Source: a virus. From it: 64,000 bases of DNA. The notes under the pieces were generated by a model. The model searched no databases. It had not been told where the DNA came from and was given only the letters and a program-made list of their open reading frames with translations. The stretch lies in IMG/VR virus record IMGVR_UViG_3300025732_000018. One strand, given 5' to 3'. Below are positions 55,712 through 64,000 of the stretch, piece after piece. Position 1 is the first letter of the stretch. The number at the start of each line of letters is the position of its first letter. A program made the position numbers and the translations under genes.

Positions 55712-57561
55712 TATATGGTGGTGAACGCTGCTTTCGCGTAGGACCCTATGTCGGCTGGAGTCCTATAGCCGCTGGCCGCGGCAGCCACGTTTAGGTCTCC
55801 TCCTCCGCCGCCTGCCGTCTGGTTATTGATAGTCGGCGCGTTGTTCATAAAGTTGTTAACGACGACCGGAGCCTGTGCCGCGCTCAGAGAGAGCTGGTCG
55901 ACGGCGCGCGTCTGAGGAGTGATACCATCGGCAGTGGGAGAAGTTTGAATTACTGGTCTTCCAGCAGAAGGCTGACTCGGAGTAGCCAGCGAGGCTCCAG
56001 GAACTACGGTAGCTAGACCATCTAAGTCTATTCCGCTGGCCCCTCTTCTCTCTTGTCCGGGTATTATTGGAGAGCTCGGAGTCCACACCGGTACGTCTCT
56101 TTGCATCAGCTCACTCAGAGGAGTCTTCTGACCTTCTGCAGCTGGCGGCGCGGCCGGAGTCTCTGTCGGCTTTGCTAGTTCTGCAGGTGGCACGCCTTCA
56201 GTAGGCTTGACTTGTTCAGCCGGCTTGGCTCCTCCCGATAGGAAGTCGTCCGCTGCTTTCTTTACCTCGTTGTAGATCTCACCGTGTCTCTGCTTGAATA
56301 GCTCGGGATTCTGAGTCATGTCGGTATCGAACGGATACTTATTGTCGGGAGTCCCGTATACGTCGTTGTAGACGTCTCGCGCGACTCCAGCCACCGCGGC
56401 TGGAATGCCGGCCACCGGTAGACCCTCAGCGGCCGCGAGAGCAGCGCCGGTCGTGTCTCCCTCCACCAGCTTGCTTATAGCGAAGCCGGCGGCAATTGCC
56501 AGTCCAAGAAGAGGTATCTGCTTTACCGCTGCTCCACCGAGTGCCTTAGGTAGACGCTTGCCAATGGCTGCAGCAATTCTTGAGCCGATTCCACCCTTAG
56601 CAGCTTTCTCCCCAGCTTCTAGACCGGCAGCCTTCACTGCTTTCTCACCGAGCTCTCCAGTGGCTTTCTGCGCCACTTTCTCACCGACCTCGCCGGTCGC
56701 TTTGGTGGCAGCTTTCTCAGCTACCTCGGTTCCGGCTTTTTGAGCTGCTTTCTCTCCGACCTCACCTGCAGCCTTACCGGTGAACTTCTCGATCAGCGAC
56801 TTCACTGGGCCGGCGGCGCCGATGGCACCGAGACCGGTCATTATTCCAGCTCCAGCTTTTCTTCCAAGAGCTCCGACACCCTTGCCGATAGCGCCGAGAC
56901 CGGCTCCCGCGAGTCTTCCAGCTCCTCTCACGGCTCCACCGGCTAGCTTACCGACTGTCTTAAGACCGAGGTAACCGGCGAGCATTCCCATCAGCCCGCC
57001 TCCTCCTCCAAACAAGTTCTTGACGCCGCCGAGTAGGCTGCCAAGAAGTCCATCTGCACCGAATATGTTTCCGAGCAGTCCGCCTAGACCACCTCCCTCG
57101 CCCATCATCTTGATCTTCTTGTCAGGAGAGAGTGACTTACTTATCTTCTCTAGTGACTTTGACATTCCAGTGAGAGTCTTCGAGATCTTCTCTAGAATGG
57201 GTCTATTATCGACGACGGCGGCCGTAGTCTTCTTAGCCTCCTTCGCTCCCTTCTTGACCTCCTTGGTGTTCTCAGCCAAGACGTCCTGAGTGTCTTTTCT
57301 CTCAGCCGAGTCCTTTAGTCTGTCGCCCTTAGCCTCGTCTTCTTTCCTTGCCAGTCGCGCGTACGCGTCCTTGATGGCCTCAATGCCGATCATGGCAGGG
57401 CCGGTGTCGATTCCTAGGTTGCCCTTGATGCCCTCGATTATCCCACGAGGTGTGAACGGCTGGACGGCGCCCCTTATCATGGATGCCGCCGTCCTCATCC
57501 CCATCTTGCCGAGTCCGACTGGTACTGCTGCCGCTCCGGCTACTAGCTTAGGAAGTGCCAT
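55711..57561 (-). CDS. Probable tape-measure / baseplate hub (gp29-like) protein
   Basis: 616 aa, Gly/Ala-rich with EKAA repeats, downstream of 26/51. Confidence 0.6.
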   Translation of the reverse strand: MALPKLVAGAAAVPVGLGKMGMRTAASMIRGAVQPFTPRGIIEGIKGNLGIDTGPAMIGIEAIKDAYARLARKEDEAKGDRLKDSAERKDTQDVLAENTKEVKKGAKEAKKTTAAVVDNRPILEKISKTLTGMSKSLEKISKSLSPDKKIKMMGEGGGLGGLLGNIFGADGLLGSLLGGVKNLFGGGGGLMGMLAGYLGLKTVGKLAGGAVRGAGRLAGAGLGAIGKGVGALGRKAGAGIMTGLGAIGAAGPVKSLIEKFTGKAAGEVGEKAAQKAGTEVAEKAATKATGEVGEKVAQKATGELGEKAVKAAGLEAGEKAAKGGIGSRIAAAIGKRLPKALGGAAVKQIPLLGLAIAAGFAISKLVEGDTTGAALAAAEGLPVAGIPAAVAGVARDVYNDVYGTPDNKYPFDTDMTQNPELFKQRHGEIYNEVKKAADDFLSGGAKPAEQVKPTEGVPPAELAKPTETPAAPPAAEGQKTPLSELMQRDVPVWTPSSPIIPGQERRGASGIDLDGLATVVPGASLATPSQPSAGRPVIQTSPTADGITPQTRAVDQLSLSAAQAPVVVNNFMNNAPTINNQTAGGGGGDLNVAAAASGYRTPADIGSYAKAAFTTI

Positions 57562-57737
57562 TACTCTTTCCTGCTTTCTTTCTCTCGCTTGAGATGGAAC
57601 TCAAGAAGCGATACATAGAGGTCTCTCTCGAAAGGTGCCATGGCCTCCAACTCTGCTATCGAGTACTTGTGGTAGTGCATGAGTATGAAGTTCAAGTTGT
57701 AGTAGTTCGACAGCGTGTTATGAGAGAGACATATTAA
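57561..57737 (-). CDS. 51: Baseplate hub assembly protein gp51 (no start codon before the gp51-like N-terminus; -1 frame to gp26)
   Basis: HNTLSNYYNLNFILMHYHKYSIAELEAMAPFERDLYVSLL. Confidence 0.75.
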   Translation of the reverse strand, partial: LICLSHNTLSNYYNLNFILMHYHKYSIAELEAMAPFERDLYVSLLEFHLKREKESRKE

Positions 57738-58432
57738 AAAAAATCACTTACGTCCTCCAAGACGTACTTCTTCTTTACTCCAGACTTGTTAACATACTCG
57801 ACCTCGTGCTTAAGTCTAGGCATCGTGTCGAAGAATTTCTGTATCTTCGTGAAGTGCTCGGAAGACAGAGAGTTAAAGAACTCGTCGACCTCCTCCTTGG
57901 TAGAGTCCCTCAGGTCGTAGACCTTGTCGTCCTCATACACCGACTCTATGCACCCCTTGATGACCTCAAACGCCACGTCGTCGTCTAACTCACCGGCGTT
58001 TGCTATGTCGAGGATCGACTCGATAGTCGGATACTTCATTATGAGTCCGACTGTCTCGGTCAGCCTGATGATCCTGTCGTGCCCTACTGTCTCTACCAGT
58101 TTGACGTCTCCAATGTTGACGTCTATCTTATAGGTCTGCTTCTCTTCTACGTCTACTATCCCAACCGGAATGACGTCACCAATCGACTTGCTCCTGATGT
58201 TCAAGAACAAGAACTCAAAGTCAAAGAAGGCCAGACGGTCAAGGTCAACCTTAGTTATCAAACAGTTGTTCATAACCTGCTTGACGGCCAAGATCATCTT
58301 CTTGACGTCGTCCTCCTCCTTGGCCACGAGAAGTATCTTCTCCTCCTTGACGGTGAACGACTTGAACCTCACCCTCTCATCGAGGGACTGTAGGTAGCAC
58401 TCAAAAACAGGCACATCAATCTTAGGTAGCAT
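57734..58432 (-). CDS. 26: Baseplate hub subunit gp26
   Basis: MLPKID.P, F.VKEEKILL, IRSKSIG, MKYP, FFDTMP. Confidence 0.9.
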   Translation of the reverse strand: MLPKIDVPVFECYLQSLDERVRFKSFTVKEEKILLVAKEEDDVKKMILAVKQVMNNCLITKVDLDRLAFFDFEFLFLNIRSKSIGDVIPVGIVDVEEKQTYKIDVNIGDVKLVETVGHDRIIRLTETVGLIMKYPTIESILDIANAGELDDDVAFEVIKGCIESVYEDDKVYDLRDSTKEEVDEFFNSLSSEHFTKIQKFFDTMPRLKHEVEYVNKSGVKKKYVLEDVSDFF

Positions 58433-58448
58433 AGTGACTCCTCATGCT

Positions 58449-59444
58449 CTATCGTATTCTTCCAAACTTATTTAACAAGGCCAGCAGAGTGTTAGTTGCC
58501 AGCGTGTCGACAATGTTCGATATGTTGTAGTAGCTATACGTCGGGGCTGTGCCGTACACTGGCGGTAGACTCGGCTGGTACGTCCTGGCCTCTACACCAC
58601 CACCTATAGTAAGAGCCGACACCAGCGTGTTGATGTTTCTCTCTTGGTCGCTCTCGATGGAGTTCTCCTTAGTGAACGTCGAGGTCCAGTAGTCGTACGA
58701 GAACGTGACCGTGAGCTGGTAGATCTGGTCCGAGTTCTCCCACGCTAGAGACACGTCGCTCACAGTCACCGGGAAAGCGTTGTGAAGCTTATACGTAGCT
58801 ACCGTCTCGGACCTAACGTCGAACACGGTGATGTCGATCGTCGTCTGGTAGCCCTTGTCTCCATCCTTATAGTAAATCTCAAATGGAGAGGCGCCGTTGA
58901 CGGTAGTCGTGCCGTTCATCGGAGAAGCGCCGTTGAAGTTAACTATCGACTGCAGCCACTTGGTGAAGAAGTTCTGAACTAGAAGGCGACTGTCACCGTA
59001 GAACGTGCAGGTCACGTCGGGAAAGTTTTGTCCCGTCGGCATCTTCGACCTGTAGCCGTACCCATAGTGATAGATGTCCTGTGTGTCGAGTGTCAGACCG
59101 GGAAGGTTGACCGCGCTACACAGGAACGGAAGGTAGACTCGAGAGAAGCCAGACTGGGCGCTGTCTCCTAGGACCTCGTCCTGCTCGGAGTCGGTCTGAG
59201 CTACCTGATCTTCTCCGCCAGTTCCAAAGCACTTAGGCGGAGTTATGTTCACTAGGAACCTACTGGTGCTCGAGATCCCCTGCATCGACGAGAGGACGTT
59301 CGACTTCAGCTTCTGAATGGAGTTGTTAAGCTGGGACCTCTCGGCCCTGTTCTGCTGCACGGTGATTCGCTTGACGACGTCGAGGTTGGTCTGCCTCGGC
59401 TCGGTGTCGCTGAGTATCTGGTTTGGGCCTAAGAAGGTCGCCAT
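58449..59444 (-). CDS. Baseplate tail-tube initiator (gp54-like)
   Basis: C.AVNLPG, F..W...I, YKL.NAFP..V....L.W, VTFSY..W. Confidence 0.8.
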   Translation of the reverse strand: MATFLGPNQILSDTEPRQTNLDVVKRITVQQNRAERSQLNNSIQKLKSNVLSSMQGISSTSRFLVNITPPKCFGTGGEDQVAQTDSEQDEVLGDSAQSGFSRVYLPFLCSAVNLPGLTLDTQDIYHYGYGYRSKMPTGQNFPDVTCTFYGDSRLLVQNFFTKWLQSIVNFNGASPMNGTTTVNGASPFEIYYKDGDKGYQTTIDITVFDVRSETVATYKLHNAFPVTVSDVSLAWENSDQIYQLTVTFSYDYWTSTFTKENSIESDQERNINTLVSALTIGGGVEARTYQPSLPPVYGTAPTYSYYNISNIVDTLATNTLLALLNKFGRIR

Positions 59445-60056
59445 TTATCCTCTTCCTATGATTCGTCTGCTCTCGGCGTAGACGGCCGCCTTGCCCGCCT
59501 TCTGGAACCTCTCGAGCGGGAGGAACAGCGCGGTGTCCCACTCGTTAGAGTCTATCTGCAGCAGTCTAGACTTTAGGTGACTAGTGAGGTACCTCTTGAC
59601 GCACGGCTCGAAGTACCTAAACTTCGCCGCCCCGTTGAGCACCTGGTAGGACAGTCTGAGTCTCGTGGTAGAGTCGTACCTCTTGTTGGATGACAAGTCG
59701 TACAGGGCGTCCATGAGTCTAGCCCTGTACTGAAGCGGGAGATAGTGCATGTTCAGTCCCATGAACCCGTCCGGCATCTTCTTGAACGGAAAGACGAGGG
59801 GAAAGGTGTCGTAGAACGGGAGGTCTGCCTTGGTCTTCGGGTCGTAGTTGAACAGGTACATGAAGCCAGGCATCACTATGTTCGTCTGCAGCTGCGAGTT
59901 GCGACTTATGATGCCGCTCGGGTTGACTCGACGCACCTCCTGAGCCTGGCTACGCAGCCAGTCCCTGGCGTCCACTGCTCTCTTAGGCAGCTCCTGGTTC
60001 TGAATAGCCGCTCCTAGCTCCTTGCTGAAGATAGAGGCGGTCGACTTAATGGCCAT
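59445..60056 (-). CDS. 2: DNA end protector protein gp2
   Basis: YDPKTK..LPFYD.FPL, GLNMHYLP, CVKRYL. Confidence 0.92.
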   Translation of the reverse strand: MAIKSTASIFSKELGAAIQNQELPKRAVDARDWLRSQAQEVRRVNPSGIISRNSQLQTNIVMPGFMYLFNYDPKTKADLPFYDTFPLVFPFKKMPDGFMGLNMHYLPLQYRARLMDALYDLSSNKRYDSTTRLRLSYQVLNGAAKFRYFEPCVKRYLTSHLKSRLLQIDSNEWDTALFLPLERFQKAGKAAVYAESRRIIGRG

Positions 60057-60493
60057 TACTTAATTCCCAGCTCTTTCTCGGTGAACACCTTGAACGACCA
60101 CTTCCTGTCGGAGCAGAACTCCTCGGCGGCCTTCCACTTGGCCTGATTGATGGCGTACGCCACGATGTCTCTCTTCTGACCTCGAGTCATCTTTCCCTCG
60201 ATGATCGGCTTCTTTGACTGACTGGCCGGCTTGACCTCTACCACGTACGTCTCGACGCTTCCCTCTGGGTTCTTCTTTCGTATCCAGAAGTCAGGAAAGT
60301 ACCTGTGGACTCTCTTGTCTACGGGACTGACGTACGGTATATAGAACTCCTCGCTGGCCCACTCTAGAACATCAGTGTGATGATCTAGGTACCTCATGAG
60401 CTTCAACTCCCACAGACTCCGATAAATAATATTGTCCGGATTCCCCTTGTATTTAGCAGGATTCCTCGGTTTAAACCGGCCCTTGTAGCTCAT
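60056..60493 (-). CDS. 4: Head completion nuclease gp4
   Basis: YKG.FKP.NP.KYKG, YRSLWE, HRYFPDF, EVKP, NQAKW.AA. Confidence 0.93.
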   Translation of the reverse strand: MSYKGRFKPRNPAKYKGNPDNIIYRSLWELKLMRYLDHHTDVLEWASEEFYIPYVSPVDKRVHRYFPDFWIRKKNPEGSVETYVVEVKPASQSKKPIIEGKMTRGQKRDIVAYAINQAKWKAAEEFCSDRKWSFKVFTEKELGIK

Positions 60494-60506
60494 TAGGTAC
60501 CCATAG

Positions 60507-61382
60507 ATGGCCAAGACAGTAGTACAGCAGCAGCTCGACGCTCGCCGAAACCCAGGCGGAGCTAGCGCTGGAATTATTTATCCTAAAGATCCGGGACAGC
60601 ACTACATGACTTTCCGGTTCTACAAGTACCAGAGGTTCACGAACAACTCTGAGAAGCGCAACTCGACCGGGTCGATCATACTTCCGATCCCTTCGAACCT
60701 TCAGGAGCAGTTCGACGCTCAGTTCGTTCAGTCCGAGCTAGGCCTCATCGGCAACGCTAAGAAGACCCTGGGGGCGATGGCCGACCCGAACGTTGATCTA
60801 ACCGGCGTGTTCAACGCTGCGAAGACCGAGCTCGGTGAGGCGTACAAGACTGTCGAGGCAGCGATCTCTGCGGGCAACGTCAAGAAGATAGCCGGTGCCC
60901 TGTTCGGGATCGCCTCTACCCCTCAGTCTATCGTCGCGCAGGTCAGGGGTCAGATAGTCAACCCGCACCTCGTCTCGTCCTTCACCGGCACCCCTCTCAG
61001 GGGTCACTCGTTCAACTGGAAGCTCTCGCCGAGGAGTCTAGAGGAGTCCCAGACACTCGAGAAGCTCATCCGCGAGATACAGAAGAAGATGCATCCGTCG
61101 AAGACCGGCGTGTTCCTAGAGTACCCAGACGAGGTGGACGTCGAGATCGTCGGAACCGCTGCCAACATATTCCAGTACAAGACGTCGGTGGTCACTAACT
61201 TCACGATCAACAGGTCAGCAGGTAACACCCCGTCGTTCTTCGCGGACGTAGGGTACCCTACGTCGTACGAGCTAAACCTGTCCATCATGGAGACAGAGGC
61301 GTGGGTGAGGGAGGACTTCACGGACGTCTCTACCTCGGCTACTTCTACCAACACGTCTAACCAGACACAAGTGAGACCGTAA
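60507..61382 (+). CDS. 48: Baseplate tail-tube cap gp48
   Basis: ILPIP, NP....F.G..LR.HSFNWKL.P.S..E. Confidence 0.82.
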   Translation: MAKTVVQQQLDARRNPGGASAGIIYPKDPGQHYMTFRFYKYQRFTNNSEKRNSTGSIILPIPSNLQEQFDAQFVQSELGLIGNAKKTLGAMADPNVDLTGVFNAAKTELGEAYKTVEAAISAGNVKKIAGALFGIASTPQSIVAQVRGQIVNPHLVSSFTGTPLRGHSFNWKLSPRSLEESQTLEKLIREIQKKMHPSKTGVFLEYPDEVDVEIVGTAANIFQYKTSVVTNFTINRSAGNTPSFFADVGYPTSYELNLSIMETEAWVREDFTDVSTSATSTNTSNQTQVRP

Positions 61383-61927
61383 TGTCTTTCTTCACATACT
61401 TTCCTAGGGTAGACTACGACGGCAAGGAGGTCATCAACCTCCTGACTCGCACGAAGCTGAACAAGCAGGCTGTGGTCGACACGACCGGACTCCTTGACTT
61501 CACTCTCAGGGACGGAGACAGACAGGACATCGTCTCATACCTGGCATACAAGGATCCAGAGCAGGCGTGGCTGGTTAACTACGCGAACGACGTGATTGAT
61601 CCCTACCACGACTGGTATCTCTCGACCGACGACTTCAACTCCTACGTCGAGAAGAAGTATGGATCGCAACAGGCCGCGATCGCCGAGATCACTGAATATA
61701 AAGTTACCAGCATACCGGGAGACGACAGGAACGTCGATCACTACGGCATAGTAGTCAACAAGGAGACGTTTGACGAGGATGCCGATCTGTCTACATACGT
61801 GTACACTGAGGTAAACGCCTTTGACACGGAGCTCGAAGAGAATACATCGAGACTAAAGATCGTGCTGTTGAACGAGCAGTATCTCATGCAGGCTAAGGAC
61901 GAGTTGGTGAAGAAGTTAAATGAGTAG
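61382..61927 (+). CDS. 53: Baseplate wedge subunit gp53
   Basis: FF..FP...Y, GDR.D.VS...Y.D....W.....N..IDP..DW. Confidence 0.85.
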   Translation: MSFFTYFPRVDYDGKEVINLLTRTKLNKQAVVDTTGLLDFTLRDGDRQDIVSYLAYKDPEQAWLVNYANDVIDPYHDWYLSTDDFNSYVEKKYGSQQAAIAEITEYKVTSIPGDDRNVDHYGIVVNKETFDEDADLSTYVYTEVNAFDTELEENTSRLKIVLLNEQYLMQAKDELVKKLNE

Positions 61928-63275
61928 GCCGGGTCAGGTAGTAGTAGAGAAGATCCTAGTTCAGGACTTCAACAAGACCAGGTCGTTCAACATCACCGAC
62001 GACTTGATCTCATTGAAGATCCATGAAGACGTGTTCAAGAACACGATGTACGGCCACATCGTGTTCCTCGACAAGATGAACACGCTTGAGGAGTTACCGA
62101 TCTTAGGAGAGGAGTACCTCTCGATAAAGTTCTATCTGCCGTTTGACAACTCAAAGAAGAGAGAGTTCGAGTTCTTCATCTACGCCATCGAGGGTCTCTC
62201 GTTCGACGACTCTCAGAGGTACACCGCGGTCACTCTCAAGTTTGTCAGCGTCGAGCAGATCACCAACGCCAAGAAGCTTATAAGCTACGGGTTCAGGGAC
62301 GGCAAGGTCACCGACTACGTCAAGAAGGTGATCGAGGACCAGGTGTTCTTGAACAGCAAGAAGAAGCTGAAGATACAAGAGTCTACTGAGACGAAGACTC
62401 TCGCTCTGCCGTACCTGACCCCACTCGAGATGATCGAGTTCTTTCGAAAGAACGCCTTTAGCTCGAACACCAAGACGAGTTCATATCTCTTCTTTGAGAA
62501 CTCCGACGGGTTCAACTTCTACACGCTCGAGGGTCTGATCAAGGAGAACAGGGACAAGGCCATCAAGCTGTACTACCAACCGACTCAGGACAAGAAAGAC
62601 GAGGAAGACCTTCTCTATAAGACTAGGACAATCACCAACATCAGCTACGTATCTCTAAACGACACGCTAGAGTCGATGAGGCGAGGGACGTACAACACCA
62701 AGATGATGTTCTTTGACTTCAACACCAAGGTCTTCAACACCGAGCAGTTCAAGATACTCGACGAGTTTCAGAACTTCACACACCTTGACCAGAACGGCGG
62801 ACTAAAGAACAGCGAGGAGTTCTTGAAGAGCATTGCTCCAGACTCGACCGAGCACTACGTGTTCAACAAGTCGTACTTCCTTCCTGACGACAGCTCTCGC
62901 GACAACAACACCACCCTCCTGTCTGTCAAGGAGATGTCCAAGCACTTCGCCTATCTCGAGATGCTGCAGCAGACTCCTATGGTGTGCAGCATCTACGGCG
63001 ACGCTACCATCAAGGCGGGCGACGTAGTCAACATCCAGATCCCTCAGCCGACGGCTGCCGAGGCGTCTACCGGAAGGCAGATGCAGAAGTACCTGAACGG
63101 CAACTACTTCGTCGGGAGGGTCAACCACGTCATCGAGGGTGACTATTACAAGATGCAGATGAACCTGTACAAGGAGTCTTACGCCAGCAAGATCGTCAAG
63201 CAGAACCCGTTCTACGCTAATGGGACAGCTAACGTGCTTGAGACTGTAGTCAAGGGTGGAGGTGGCGCACCGTGA
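61920..63275 (+). CDS. Baseplate hub / tail protein (gp27-like)
   Basis: LPILGEE, YLFFEN..GFNF, G.Y.V..V.H; between 53 and 5. Confidence 0.7.
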   Translation: MSRPGQVVVEKILVQDFNKTRSFNITDDLISLKIHEDVFKNTMYGHIVFLDKMNTLEELPILGEEYLSIKFYLPFDNSKKREFEFFIYAIEGLSFDDSQRYTAVTLKFVSVEQITNAKKLISYGFRDGKVTDYVKKVIEDQVFLNSKKKLKIQESTETKTLALPYLTPLEMIEFFRKNAFSSNTKTSSYLFFENSDGFNFYTLEGLIKENRDKAIKLYYQPTQDKKDEEDLLYKTRTITNISYVSLNDTLESMRRGTYNTKMMFFDFNTKVFNTEQFKILDEFQNFTHLDQNGGLKNSEEFLKSIAPDSTEHYVFNKSYFLPDDSSRDNNTTLLSVKEMSKHFAYLEMLQQTPMVCSIYGDATIKAGDVVNIQIPQPTAAEASTGRQMQKYLNGNYFVGRVNHVIEGDYYKMQMNLYKESYASKIVKQNPFYANGTANVLETVVKGGGGAP

Positions 63276-64000
63276 GAAATACATTCTTAGGCGTCAACGA
63301 CGTCGTCTGGTTCATAGGAGTCGTCGAGGACACCAACGACCCCCTTCAGCAGGGAAGGGTGAGGGTCAGGATTCACGGCCTGCACTCGAAAGACCCTCTC
63401 GAGCTAAAGACGAGTGATATACCGTGGGCGCCGGTCCTCATGCCGACGAACATGGGTGGCTTTCAAGGTTCTGGCTACTCCCCTTCTGGAGCTCTCGCTG
63501 GGGCTACCGTCATGGGCGTCGCGATGGACGGCGTCTCGTGTCAGTACCCCATCATCCTTGGAATCCTCATGGGTAACAACATGAGCGACGGCAATATTCC
63601 TCCGGGTCCTTACGACAACCTCGACAAGAAAGACCTTCCGAAGCTCAAGCAAGACGCGTGCGAGGGCTATAATTACCTCAAGAGCATGGGCTACAGCGAC
63701 GCTCAGGCCGCCGGCATCATGGGTAACCTCGTCGCGGAGTCAGGACTCAACACGAACGCGTTCAACTCAGCGGGTGGTGGACAGGGTGCATACGGCATAG
63801 CTCAGTGGAGAGGTGCTAGACAGACTGCGCTCCGTCAGTTTGCGGCCGGCAAGGGAACTGATCAGTCAGACTACGCCACGCAGCTAGCCTTCATTGATCA
63901 AGAGTTTAAGACGACAGAGAAACCGGCATACGCCGCCATCAAGAATGCCAACACACCAGAAGACGCGGCCAATGCTTTCTACAGCAAGTTTGAGCGTCCC
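63272..64000 (+). CDS. 5: gp5 baseplate hub spike with tail-lysozyme domain, 3' end outside window
   Basis: GTG start; WFIGVVED.NDP...GRVRVRI.G.H; AAGIMGNL.AES..GIAQW.G.R..FERP. Confidence 0.9.
   Translation, partial: MRNTFLGVNDVVWFIGVVEDTNDPLQQGRVRVRIHGLHSKDPLELKTSDIPWAPVLMPTNMGGFQGSGYSPSGALAGATVMGVAMDGVSCQYPIILGILMGNNMSDGNIPPGPYDNLDKKDLPKLKQDACEGYNYLKSMGYSDAQAAGIMGNLVAESGLNTNAFNSAGGGQGAYGIAQWRGARQTALRQFAAGKGTDQSDYATQLAFIDQEFKTTEKPAYAAIKNANTPEDAANAFYSKFERP

Overview
A 64-kb segment of a large lytic T4-like myophage. The host is very probably an alphaproteobacterium (Hyphomicrobiales/Rhizobiales-like), judged from a permuted two-piece tmRNA with an ANDNFA tag, a tRNA-His lacking G-1 with A73, and an ADLPSR-type outer-membrane protein. 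The window holds the T4 replication and recombination core (gp43, uvsX, gp41, gp61, gp59, gp32, gp33, rnh), nucleotide metabolism (nrdA/B, glutaredoxin, thyX, phoH, speD) and two early-gene regions with repeated sigma70 promoters. It also holds 27 tRNA genes interleaved with unexplained structured non-coding segments, a glycosylation cluster and part of the baseplate/tail module (gp26, gp51, gp54, gp2, gp4, gp48, gp53, gp5). Best candidate new system: a ribosome-dependent attenuator (leaderless 33-codon leader peptide, mutually exclusive antiterminator and terminator, then a boxA-like site) in front of the main tRNA array, which would let the phage switch on its tRNAs when translation stalls. 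Other highlights: 28-bp-period tandem arrays of IHF-like sites before early promoters, about 8 candidate ncRNAs among the tRNAs, non-canonical tRNAs, and a likely -1 frameshift joining gp26 to gp51 just upstream of the tape-measure-like gene. All calls come from reading the sequence by eye; no database searches or folding programs were run.
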